Source: Bacillales bacterium UBA6865
Lineage (GTDB): Bacteria > Bacillota_I > Bacilli_A > RFN20 > CAG-826
Assembly: GCA_002449265.1 (NCBI GenBank)
Contig: DKCV01000025.1
Location: 79,955 to 143,954, forward strand
Length of the DNA stretch: 64,000 nucleotides
Reading direction: 5' to 3'
In this document: piece by piece, positions 52,007 through 60,027 of the stretch
Layout of the letters: each line of letters opens with the position of its first letter
How positions within the stretch are numbered: position 1 is the stretch's first letter
Program-made: the position numbers and the translations under genes
The notes under the pieces: model-generated
What the model was told of the DNA's origin: nothing
Databases searched by the model: none
Seen by the model: the letters and a program-made list of their open reading frames with translations, nothing else

Positions 52007-52837
52007 ATGTCAAGAAAACCAATCGTCGCCATCTGCTATGATTTTGATAGTACGCTTGCGAAAAGCGATATGCAAAATTTCTCTTTTATCCCTGCTTTAG
52101 GACTTACTCCCAATGAATTTTGGAAGAAAACGGCTGAACTATCCGAAAAAACAGGCGTTGAAAGAACACTTGCCTATTTATATATGATGAAGGAAATCGC
52201 CAAAGAAAAAGGCATTAAGATGACGAGAGAATGGTTACAGCAAATGGGCAAAAACATCGAATTTTTTCCAGGCGTGGAAGGGTGGTTTTCTCGCATTAAC
52301 GCTTTTGGAGAAGAAAATGGCGTCAAAGTTGAACATTATTTGATTTCTAGTGGCAACAAAGAAATCGTGGAAGGGTGCTCCATCGCAAAAGAATTCCGGA
52401 TGCTTTACGCATGCGAATATCTTTACGACGAAAAAACAAAAGAGCCAATTTGGCCAAAACTTGCGATTAATTTCACGCAAAAAACACAATATTTCTACCG
52501 CATCAGTAAAGGCGTATATGACGCTAATGATGACGTTGGCGTAAATTCGAAAACTCCACTTCACCGCATTCCTTATAGCAATATCGTCTATATCGGGGAT
52601 GGAATGACCGATATTCCTACGATGATTATCGCGAAAAATAACGGTGGGAAATCCATCGCCGTCTTTAATAAAGGAAACGAAGAGAAAGGCTTTGACTTGT
52701 ATCTAGACGGGCGTGTTAATTTCGTTTGCCCTGCCGATTACCGCGAAGGGAAAGAACTAGATAAAGTCATGCAGCTCATCATCCAAGGCGTCGCCATTAA
52801 CGAAAGGCTTGGAAAACAAGGGAAAAAATTAAAATAA
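52007..52837 (+). CDS. HAD-superfamily hydrolase
   Basis: Motif I CYDFDSTLA (DxDxT) and motif IV GDGMTDIP. Start chosen at ATG 52007. Confidence 0.65.
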   Translation: MSRKPIVAICYDFDSTLAKSDMQNFSFIPALGLTPNEFWKKTAELSEKTGVERTLAYLYMMKEIAKEKGIKMTREWLQQMGKNIEFFPGVEGWFSRINAFGEENGVKVEHYLISSGNKEIVEGCSIAKEFRMLYACEYLYDEKTKEPIWPKLAINFTQKTQYFYRISKGVYDANDDVGVNSKTPLHRIPYSNIVYIGDGMTDIPTMIIAKNNGGKSIAVFNKGNEEKGFDLYLDGRVNFVCPADYREGKELDKVMQLIIQGVAINERLGKQGKKLK

Positions 52838-53006
52838 CTTTCGACTAAAAATATAGTAGAGCAAGCGACAAATTATAAATATTGTAAGTTAAATTTGCTT
52901 GTCTTATGTTCTAGAGAAGGTAATTTTCTAGAAAATTCAAAAACAAAGGCTGAAAGACTAGGAAAAAGAAACGATAATGATTAAACTAATCGCATAAATA
53001 AATCTT

Positions 53007-54323
53007 ATGTGGTACGAAATACTTTATCGCGTCTTGAACATCATAAATTATGTTGTCATCATTTTCTTCGCTTTGCTCCTACTCTTACAAATCGTGGAAG
53101 TCCTAGCTTCTCTTTTTCATAAAAAAATCGTTTATCCAAAATCAAAAGAAAAGTCGAGAATCGCTTATTTAATTCCGGCTTGTAATGAAGAGGATGTGAT
53201 TTTCTCGACTGTCGAGGATTTATTACACACGCAAGATTACCCGCGTGATCTTTTCGATGTTTATGTTGTTGCGAATAACTGCACGGATAACACCGCTTCT
53301 TTAGCGGAAAAAGCTGGAGCAAAAGTTTTAATTCTCAATGACCCTGATCCCGCTCACCATATGGCAGCTTACCCTTTGCGGCACGGAATCGATTACATAT
53401 TGAAAAACGATCCAACTGCTGAGCTCATAATTCATCTTGATGCCGATAACCATATCAATCATCAGTTCTCTTCCTTAATGAATGATGCTTATCACGCAGG
53501 AGTTGATTTTGCTCGCCCCTACGAAGGAGGGATTAACGGTACTCAAAACTTCTTTACGGAGGCTTGTGCTTATTTTTATGCTTTTGATTCCCGATTCGGG
53601 GGTCGTGGAAAAGAAGTTCTTGGTTTAAGTGCCCATGTAAACGGAGCTGGTGCGATGATGTCGCGAAAATTGTTACTCGAAACCGGAGGCTACGATTGTA
53701 GCACAATAAGCGATGACACCGAATTTTGTTTCAACCGTATTTTGGAAGGAAGAAAAGCGCACATGGTCGAGGAGGCCGTCGTTTATGAAGATATGCCCTC
53801 TAGCGGTGCGGTTACAGCGGGAAGGAATGCGCGCATTGCAAAAGGGAACAAGATTCTTTTCAAAACAAAAACACGCAAAATGATTCCTTTATTTTTCAAA
53901 ACGGGAAATCTTTCTCTATTAGAAACCTTCTTCACCTACATTTGGATTTTCGTAGGCGGACCGATGTTTGTTTGGCTTTTTGCTTATTATCTTTATTTCT
54001 TCCTTTTTGCGGGTTTTGCCGCGAATGGAGCGTTCCCTTTAGTCGTCTATACCACCGCTTATTTTCATAACGCAATCTGGCTTACCATTTGGACAATGGT
54101 AGGAATCATCGCTGTTTTGTATTTCATTTTCGGAATCGTTCAAGTTCTTATTTTTGCGCTCAAGGAATACGACAAATTTGGCGCGAAAAATAGATGGGAA
54201 TTCATTCCGATGGTCTTCCTTTTCCCGCTTTATCTAATCGTTTATGGTTTTTCCATGATGATTCCGAAGAAGAAAAAGAAGGGTTGGACGAAAGTTAAGC
54301 GTAACGTCGTTGACAAAAAGTGA
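53007..54323 (+). CDS. Membrane-embedded family-2 glycosyltransferase (processive synthase-like)
   Basis: N-terminal TM helix, AYLIPACNEEDVI, HLDADN (DxD), and 4-5 C-terminal TM helices. Confidence 0.75.
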   Translation: MWYEILYRVLNIINYVVIIFFALLLLLQIVEVLASLFHKKIVYPKSKEKSRIAYLIPACNEEDVIFSTVEDLLHTQDYPRDLFDVYVVANNCTDNTASLAEKAGAKVLILNDPDPAHHMAAYPLRHGIDYILKNDPTAELIIHLDADNHINHQFSSLMNDAYHAGVDFARPYEGGINGTQNFFTEACAYFYAFDSRFGGRGKEVLGLSAHVNGAGAMMSRKLLLETGGYDCSTISDDTEFCFNRILEGRKAHMVEEAVVYEDMPSSGAVTAGRNARIAKGNKILFKTKTRKMIPLFFKTGNLSLLETFFTYIWIFVGGPMFVWLFAYYLYFFLFAGFAANGAFPLVVYTTAYFHNAIWLTIWTMVGIIAVLYFIFGIVQVLIFALKEYDKFGAKNRWEFIPMVFLFPLYLIVYGFSMMIPKKKKKGWTKVKRNVVDKK

Positions 54324-54340
54324 AAATAAAGAGGGTAATA

Positions 54341-55315
54341 ATGGAAAAAACAAATAGAAACATAGATACAAAAAATAAAAGCCAGTACGCGCTAAAAGTC
54401 ACAAATTTAGTCAAAATATATGCAAACGGCAAATTAGCCGTCGACCATATTTCCTTTACAGTAGAGAAAGGCGCCCTGTTCGCTTTTTTGGGCGTTAATG
54501 GAGCTGGCAAAAGCACGACCATCAATATCATTTGCTCCATCTTAGACAAAACCGAAGGCAAAATCGAAGTGGAAGGGTATGACCTCGATACAGAACGTTA
54601 CGCGATTAAAAATCTAATCGGCGTCGTTTTCCAAAATTCGGTTCTCGATGGAATGCTCACCGTTATGGATAATCTTCGTATCCGCACCGCTTTTTATTCT
54701 TTGCCAAACAATGTCGCAAAAAAGAAAATCAGCGACATTGTGAAACTACTTGAACTAGAGCCTATCTTAAACCAAAAGGTCATTACGCTTTCTGGCGGGC
54801 AAAGGCGGCGCGTCGATATCGCTCGTGCGATTGTTCATGCCCCAAAATTCTTGATTTTAGATGAGCCAACAACGGGATTAGACCCTAAAACAAGAAAAAT
54901 CGTTTGGGAATTAATCGATAAGATTCGTCGTGAAACCGGAATGACCGTTTTCCTTACCACTCACTACCTGGAAGAATCCGAGCTAGCCACCCATGTTGTC
55001 ATTATGAACCATGGCAAAATCATTGCAAAAGGAACACCAAATGAATTAAAAAACAAATACAGCAATGATTACCTCATTGTCTATCACGAAAAAGATTCCG
55101 TGTTAGAAAATCATCTAGCGGAAGATAAATATTCATTCCAATACGACGAAGAAAAGAAACGATATAGCATCGAAATTCCCGATACAAAAGAAGCGAAAAA
55201 GATTTTAGCAAAATATGATAAAGAGATGGATGACGTCGAAATCCGCAAAGGCACGATGGATGACGTTTTCCTTCGTGTGACGGGTGGGGAGAATTTTAGC
55301 GATGAAGAAAAATAG
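54341..55315 (+). CDS. ABC transporter ATP-binding protein (DrrA/ABC-2 type)
   Basis: GVNGAGKST, LSGGQRRRV and FLILDEPTTGLD motifs. AGAGGG SD precedes ATG 54341. Confidence 0.9.
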   Translation: MEKTNRNIDTKNKSQYALKVTNLVKIYANGKLAVDHISFTVEKGALFAFLGVNGAGKSTTINIICSILDKTEGKIEVEGYDLDTERYAIKNLIGVVFQNSVLDGMLTVMDNLRIRTAFYSLPNNVAKKKISDIVKLLELEPILNQKVITLSGGQRRRVDIARAIVHAPKFLILDEPTTGLDPKTRKIVWELIDKIRRETGMTVFLTTHYLEESELATHVVIMNHGKIIAKGTPNELKNKYSNDYLIVYHEKDSVLENHLAEDKYSFQYDEEKKRYSIEIPDTKEAKKILAKYDKEMDDVEIRKGTMDDVFLRVTGGENFSDEEK

Positions 55316-56351
55316 TCTTGCAGCGAAAAAAGACGAAGTCGAATTCAACTTAAAGCAAAGGAATTTCAATATCCTTTGGATGTTAACCAAACGTCATTTG
55401 AAGATGATTTTCGCAAATCACATTCGGATGATGTACACCCTCATGGTGCCTGTGGTGATCCTTGTCATCTATATTTTGTTTTTGCGCGATTTAGAAATCA
55501 CTATGGCGAAAAACACCTTAAGTGACATTTACGCGATAAGCGCAAGCGCGCTTAATGGCGATTTAATCCACCACGTCTCTTCCATTATCGATAGCTGGAT
55601 GATGTCGGGTTTACTTGCCATATCGATTATCACGATATCGTTACAAACCAACTCCCTTATTGTCGAAGACAAAGAACACGGCATTAACCGCGACTTTGTT
55701 TCTTCCCCAATCAATAGAAACGTTTTGATTGTCTCTTATTTTTTGTATAACTTCATCGTTACTAGTGTTTTGTCCACGATTGTTTTCATCATTTGTATGG
55801 TAACCATCGGCGCGTATGGTGAATTCATGATCACATTTGGGGATTTTTTCCTCATCTTTATCGTCATTTTATTCTCGGTAATTCTTTCGACACTTATCAC
55901 GACGTTTGTTTGTTTGTTCATCAATACAGAAGGCGTTTTGGCAAGTATCATCGCGGTATTTTCCGCCGGTGCTGGTTTTTTAATGGGCGCCTATATGCCA
56001 GTTTCGATGCTCCCAAAAGGAATACAGTATTTTTGCGCTGTGTTCCCGTTAACTTATCCATGTGCCTTAACGCGTTTTGCATTCTTGAGAACTCCGCTAG
56101 AAAGCTTACGAGGATTTTTAGCGGATAATCCTAATTTAGTTCCTGCTGGTCACGAGGTAAATGACCTAATGAATATTCTTGAATCGAACTTCGGGTATCG
56201 TATCAATTTCTTCGGCGTTTCCGATATTGGACCAGATTTATCCTCCCTCGTGATGATCGTATTTATCGTCTTGTTCTTAATCCTCAATATCATTTTTGCA
56301 GGTCGCCTCGCTCGTCTTGAGAAGAAACCATTCCGTTTCAAAAAGGAATAA
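55302..56351 (+). CDS. ABC-2 type transporter permease
   Basis: Six TM segments. GGGGAG SD precedes ATG 55302. Overlaps the ATPase stop. Confidence 0.75.
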   Translation: MKKNSLAAKKDEVEFNLKQRNFNILWMLTKRHLKMIFANHIRMMYTLMVPVVILVIYILFLRDLEITMAKNTLSDIYAISASALNGDLIHHVSSIIDSWMMSGLLAISIITISLQTNSLIVEDKEHGINRDFVSSPINRNVLIVSYFLYNFIVTSVLSTIVFIICMVTIGAYGEFMITFGDFFLIFIVILFSVILSTLITTFVCLFINTEGVLASIIAVFSAGAGFLMGAYMPVSMLPKGIQYFCAVFPLTYPCALTRFAFLRTPLESLRGFLADNPNLVPAGHEVNDLMNILESNFGYRINFFGVSDIGPDLSSLVMIVFIVLFLILNIIFAGRLARLEKKPFRFKKE

Positions 56352-56356
56352 TTTTT

Positions 56357-56396
56357 TAAAAGAGCCACAAGTGCTGAATTGGTGGCTCTTTTTTTC
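56357..56396. terminator. Bidirectional Rho-independent terminator
   Basis: AGAGCCAC-12nt-GTGGCTCT, flanked by AAAA on the left and TTTTTT on the right. Confidence 0.8.
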
Positions 56397-56459
56397 ATGG
56401 AATCAGTAAATAAAAAGACGTAAGATTTGCACCTCACGCCTTCTAAAAATCTTCAAGCC

Positions 56460-56693
56460 TTATTTGAACCAGAATGGGTAATCGAAGAGGACAATGAAGA
56501 CGATGTCGAGAATCCAGCCAACGGTAGCGGAGCAGAAAATCCAAAGAATAGCGAGAACTAATTCAAGGGTGTTATTGTGCTTAACCGCTTTAAGAATTCT
56601 CCAAATCGCCCAAGAGATATCAAGAATCCAAAGGCACAGAACGAGTTTAAGCCACTTCGGATTTTTCTCCATCCATTTGATATAGGAATCCAT
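56460..56693 (-). CDS. Small (77-aa) 2-TM membrane protein, unknown function
   Basis: MDSYIKWMEKNPKWLKLVLCLWILD... AAGGAAG SD precedes ATG 56693. Confidence 0.4.
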   Translation of the reverse strand: MDSYIKWMEKNPKWLKLVLCLWILDISWAIWRILKAVKHNNTLELVLAILWIFCSATVGWILDIVFIVLFDYPFWFK

Positions 56694-56806
56694 GAAAAGC
56701 ACTTCCTTTCTTGAAATAAGATACCATATGATTTTATAAAAACCACCACAACTTTTTCTTACTTGGATTTCTTTCATTCTTCTTAAGAAGAAAAATCAAA
56801 GGATTA

Positions 56807-56815
56807 TGGTAGAAT
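56807..56815 (+). promoter_or_regulatory. Extended -10 TGgTAGAAT, 6 nt upstream of GTG 56822 (candidate leaderless)
   Basis: TGGTAGAAT-ATAATC-GTG. Confidence 0.4.
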
Positions 56816-56821
56816 ATAATC

Positions 56822-57520
56822 GTGACCAATCAACAAGCAATCGCAATACTTCTATTAGCGGGCAAAGGAAAACGTTTCAATAGCGTTCTCCCGAAGCAAT
56901 TCGCCAAAATCGGTGAACAAGAACTTTTTTTGTACGCGGCTAAAGTATTGAGCAACTCCCCTGCGATCAGTACTATCGTCTATGTCGCCCCAAAGGGGTA
57001 TGAAGAGATGACGAAATCTCTTTTGCTTGAATATCATTTGACGTTAAAAAAAGAGCATTACGTCATTACGGGTGGTGAAACTAGGCAAGAAAGCACTTTT
57101 CTCGCTTTGAATTTCCTAAAAAAGCAAAACGTGTCTAATAATCAAATTGTTTTGATTCACGATGGAGATAGGCCAAACTTAGAAGAACATTATATTGAAG
57201 AAACCATCAAAGGAGCATCTGAAGGTGACGCTGCGGTCATGGCGATGAAGGTCTCGGATTCTATTGCCGTTTGTAAAAATGGGAGTATCACTTCATATTT
57301 GTCGCGAGAAGACGTCTATGCGCTTCAAACTCCTCAAACTTTTCGATTTTCTAAAATTTTTGAAGCAGAAAATAGAGCGCGAATTGAAGAAAAGAATTAT
57401 ACTGATGAAGGTTCGCTTTTGCTTGGGGAACTTGGAATATCGCCTAAAATAATTATCAGTGATAAAAAGAACCTCAAAATAACCGAACCATTCGACGCGA
57501 AAATATTCTTAGCGAAATGA
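56822..57520 (+). CDS. IspD/TarI-family cytidylyltransferase (MEP or ribitol-5-phosphate cytidylyltransferase; not resolvable from sequence)
   Basis: AILLLAGKGKRF....PKQF N-terminal signature, plus VLIHDGDRP and LQTPQTF. Confidence 0.75.
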   Translation: MTNQQAIAILLLAGKGKRFNSVLPKQFAKIGEQELFLYAAKVLSNSPAISTIVYVAPKGYEEMTKSLLLEYHLTLKKEHYVITGGETRQESTFLALNFLKKQNVSNNQIVLIHDGDRPNLEEHYIEETIKGASEGDAAVMAMKVSDSIAVCKNGSITSYLSREDVYALQTPQTFRFSKIFEAENRARIEEKNYTDEGSLLLGELGISPKIIISDKKNLKITEPFDAKIFLAK

Positions 57521-57523
57521 GTT

Positions 57524-57871
57524 ATGAGCAAAGTTGGAGATGTTTTAGAAGGAACTGTGGTGCGAGTGTATCCTCGCTACCTCATCATGCTTTTTGAAGA
57601 TGGCGAAACGGGATTGCTCCATATTTCCGAACTCAGCAAAAAATTCGTGGCTGATTTAGCGACGAGCGTCCCCGTTGGGAGCATTTGCAAAGTCAAAGTC
57701 ATCGAAATCGACGAAGAAACTCATTCTATGCGCGTAAGCAAAAAACGCCTAAGCGAAAACGAAAGACGCCGCTACTTCAAAAAGAAAAAAATAGCGCCAA
57801 CCGAGATAGATTTCTCGGCTCTACATGAAGCGTTACCAAATTGGATTCGAGAGGAGAATTCCAATCAATAA
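57524..57871 (+). CDS. S1 RNA-binding domain protein (YabR/GSP13-like)
   Basis: VGDVLEGTVVRVYPRYLIMLFEDGETGLLHISELS...V.V..ID.......S.K. Confidence 0.75.
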   Translation: MSKVGDVLEGTVVRVYPRYLIMLFEDGETGLLHISELSKKFVADLATSVPVGSICKVKVIEIDEETHSMRVSKKRLSENERRRYFKKKKIAPTEIDFSALHEALPNWIREENSNQ

Positions 57872-57891
57872 AGATAGGAGAGGAGACCTTA

Positions 57892-59178
57892 ATGATTATT
57901 GAATGCAAAGACGACAACTTGGTAAACAAAGTTGACTACCTTAGTTACAAGGAGAAAGTCGCTGAAATCGATGCGATGATCAAAAACGGCACAGGAGCTG
58001 GTAGCGATTTCCTTGGATGGGTTGATTATCCACTCAATTACGACAAAGAAGAGCTTGAACGCATCAAGGAGAACGCGAAATACGTGCGTGAAAATTATGA
58101 CGTTCTCGTTGTCGCTGGTATTGGCGGAAGCTATTTGGGGGCGAGAGCCGCGATTGAGGCGATCAATGGATTACACGGCACAAAAAAGCCCGAAATCATT
58201 TTCATGGGGCAAACAATTGACCCAACTTATATCAGCGAAGTGCTTGATTATTTAAAAGACAAAAAATTCGCCATCAACGTTATTTCAAAAAGCGGAACCA
58301 CGACAGAAACAAGCGTAGCATTCCGTCTTCTTAGAGAACTACTTGAGAAGAATTACGGAATTGAAATGGCGCGCAAATCCATCTTTGCCACTACTGACAA
58401 AGACCATGGCGCCTTACTTACCTTAGCAAAGAACGAAGGCTATGTCCGTTTTGTTCTTCCTGCCAATATCGGAGGCCGCTATAGCGTCCAAACCGCTGTT
58501 GGATTATTCCCGATTGCCGTTGCTGGCATCGATCCTGAAGAAATTCTTAAAGGAAGCGAAGAAGCGCGTCTAGATTGTTCAAACTCTGACATCATGAAGA
58601 ACGAATGCTACAAATACGCGGTGATTCGTCACGAAATGTACGCTCATTACAAAAAAGCAGTCGAATTCTTCATTACTTACGTTCCATCTTTTGTTCAAAT
58701 TGGCGAATGGTGGAAACAATTATTCGGAGAAAGCGAAGGGAAAGACGGAAAAGGCCTTCTTCCAAATAGCGCCACTTTCACAACCGACCTCCACTCTTTA
58801 GGGCAATTTATCCAAGAAGGAACAAAAGTCTTCTTTGAAACCACGCTCCACTTAAAAAAGCATCGTGATTCTTTGATTTTGCCTCGCGATAGCGAAAACC
58901 TCGATGGCTTAAATTATTTGGCTGGTAAAGATCTTGGCTGGGTCCAAGACAAAGCCTATGAAGGAACAATCCGCGCCCATACTGATGTAGGCCATAACGA
59001 CAACGTAATTTTAGAAATGGAAGAAATGAACCCTTACAATCTTGGCTACTTCTTCTATTTTATGGAAAGAGCATGCGCGATGAGCGCATATCTCAATGGC
59101 GTGAATCCATTCAACCAACCTGGTGTTGAAGTGTATAAGCGCAATATGTTCCATCTCCTTGGCAAGCCTGGTTTTTAA
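57892..59178 (+). CDS. pgi: Glucose-6-phosphate isomerase
   Basis: GIGGSYLGA, SKSGTTTET and GGRYS motifs. GGAGAGGAG SD precedes ATG 57892. Confidence 0.93.
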   Translation: MIIECKDDNLVNKVDYLSYKEKVAEIDAMIKNGTGAGSDFLGWVDYPLNYDKEELERIKENAKYVRENYDVLVVAGIGGSYLGARAAIEAINGLHGTKKPEIIFMGQTIDPTYISEVLDYLKDKKFAINVISKSGTTTETSVAFRLLRELLEKNYGIEMARKSIFATTDKDHGALLTLAKNEGYVRFVLPANIGGRYSVQTAVGLFPIAVAGIDPEEILKGSEEARLDCSNSDIMKNECYKYAVIRHEMYAHYKKAVEFFITYVPSFVQIGEWWKQLFGESEGKDGKGLLPNSATFTTDLHSLGQFIQEGTKVFFETTLHLKKHRDSLILPRDSENLDGLNYLAGKDLGWVQDKAYEGTIRAHTDVGHNDNVILEMEEMNPYNLGYFFYFMERACAMSAYLNGVNPFNQPGVEVYKRNMFHLLGKPGF

Positions 59179-59197
59179 GAAAAAACGATTAATGAAA

Positions 59198-59225
59198 GAA
59201 AGCCCTGAAAAAGGGCTTTTATTTC
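59198..59225 (+). terminator. Rho-independent terminator after pgi
   Basis: GAAAGCCC-TGAAAAA-GGGCTTTT followed by ATTT. Confidence 0.8.
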
Positions 59226-59226
59226 G

Positions 59227-59255
59227 TTGACGACCACTAACCTCAATGGTATATT
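59227..59255 (+). promoter_or_regulatory. Promoter TTGACG-17nt-TATATT for the tRNA cluster
   Basis: TTGACG (59227-59232), 17-nt spacer, TATATT (59250-59255). Confidence 0.65.
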
Positions 59256-59286
59256 TATTGGGCACGTTTTTGGCGGGCGCACTCTT

Positions 59287-59361
59287 GGATGCTTAGCTCA
59301 GCGGGAGAGCATCGCCCTTACAAGGCGGGGGTCACAGGTTCAAACCCTGTAGCATCCACCA
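59287..59361 (+). tRNA. tRNA-Val (anticodon TAC)
   Basis: Acceptor GGATGCT/AGCATCC. Anticodon arm TCGCC-CTTACAA-GGCGG. T-loop TTCAAAC. CCA encoded. Confidence 0.9.
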
Positions 59362-59389
59362 CACCTTGCGGATACGTGTAGTCGATAAT

Positions 59390-59473
59390 GGGTGAATAGC
59401 GAAGTGGCCAAACGCGGCTGACTGTAAATCAGCTCCTTCGGGTTCGGTGGTTCAAATCCATCTTCACCCACCA
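59390..59473 (+). tRNA. tRNA-Tyr (anticodon GTA), long variable arm
   Basis: Acceptor GGGTGAA/TTCACCC. Anticodon arm GCTGA-CTGTAAA-TCAGC. CCA encoded. Confidence 0.9.
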
Positions 59474-59476
59474 TCT

Positions 59477-59551
59477 TGGGATGTAGCCAAGTGGTAAGGC
59501 AACAGACTTTGACTCTGTCATTCGCTGGTCCGATCCCAGCCATCCCAGCCA
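59477..59551 (+). tRNA. tRNA-Gln (anticodon TTG)
   Basis: Acceptor TGGGATG/CATCCCA. Anticodon arm ACAGA-CTTTGAC-TCTGT. CCA encoded. Confidence 0.9.
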
Positions 59552-59557
59552 TCATAT

Positions 59558-59632
59558 CTCCCGTTAGCTCAGTGGTAGAGCACTTGACTTTTAATCAAGG
59601 GGTCGACGGTTCGAGCCCGTCACGGGAGACCA
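59558..59632 (+). tRNA. tRNA-Lys (anticodon TTT)
   Basis: Acceptor CTCCCGT/ACGGGAG. Anticodon arm CTTGA-CTTTTAA-TCAAG. CCA encoded. Confidence 0.9.
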
Positions 59633-59647
59633 AATGGGAAAAGCATT

Positions 59648-59684
59648 CGCCTCCGGCGCGCAGGCGCATGGAGGCGTTTCTTCT
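59648..59684 (+). terminator. GC-rich hairpin plus T-tract inside the tRNA cluster (terminator or processing structure)
   Basis: CGCCTCC ... GGAGGCG 7-bp stem with an inner GCGC-GCAG-GCGC, followed by TTTCTTCT. Confidence 0.4.
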
Positions 59685-59690
59685 AAAAAT

Positions 59691-59776
59691 GCCCGAGTGG
59701 TGAAATGGTAAACACGTTGGACTTAAAATCCAATGGAGTTAAATCCTTACCGGTTCAAGTCCGGTCTCGGGCACCA
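59691..59776 (+). tRNA. tRNA-Leu (anticodon TAA), type II
   Basis: Acceptor GCCCGAG/CTCGGGC. Anticodon arm TTGGA-CTTAAAA-TCCAA. Long variable arm. CCA encoded. Confidence 0.9.
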
Positions 59777-59786
59777 AAACAAAATT

Positions 59787-59814
59787 AGCCTGGTAATTAC
59801 GCCGGGTTTTTTGT
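59787..59814 (+). terminator. Rho-independent terminator after the tRNA cluster
   Basis: AGCCTGG-8nt-CCGGGTT (with G-U pairs) followed by TTTTTTG. Confidence 0.6.
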
Positions 59815-59950
59815 TTATAAACCAATTAATCGATTCATCCACGCATTCATCGCTAGCGTTAAAGATATCTGCCCTAAAAGTACGAAGAAGTGAACCGAGA
59901 ATGTAATTTGTAAGTAATAGAGACGAGGAATAGTGAACTGCTTTATTACT

Positions 59951-59990
59951 AAAAGAAAAAGCCATATATAGTCAACTGACTACATGGCTT
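59951..59990 (-). terminator. Rho-independent terminator after the GH3 gene
   Basis: Minus strand reads GCCATGTAGTCA-GT-TGACTATATATGGC followed by TTTTTCTTTT. Confidence 0.6.
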
Positions 59991-60027
59991 TGTAGGTATA
60001 TTACTTTTTGACAATTCTGATTATTTG

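Noticed and set aside
59340-59965. Three 71-75-aa ORFs (59340-59555 minus, 59476-59703 plus, 59747-59965 minus)
   Set aside because: They overlap five clearly folded tRNA genes and their terminator, so they are artefacts of the ORF scan.
59777-60027. tRNA-Leu 3' flank as an integration site for a genomic island (GH3/CBM genes)
   Set aside because: There is no integrase, I noticed no direct repeat of the tRNA 3' end downstream, and a normal terminator follows the tRNA. The GH3 operon simply converges on the cluster.
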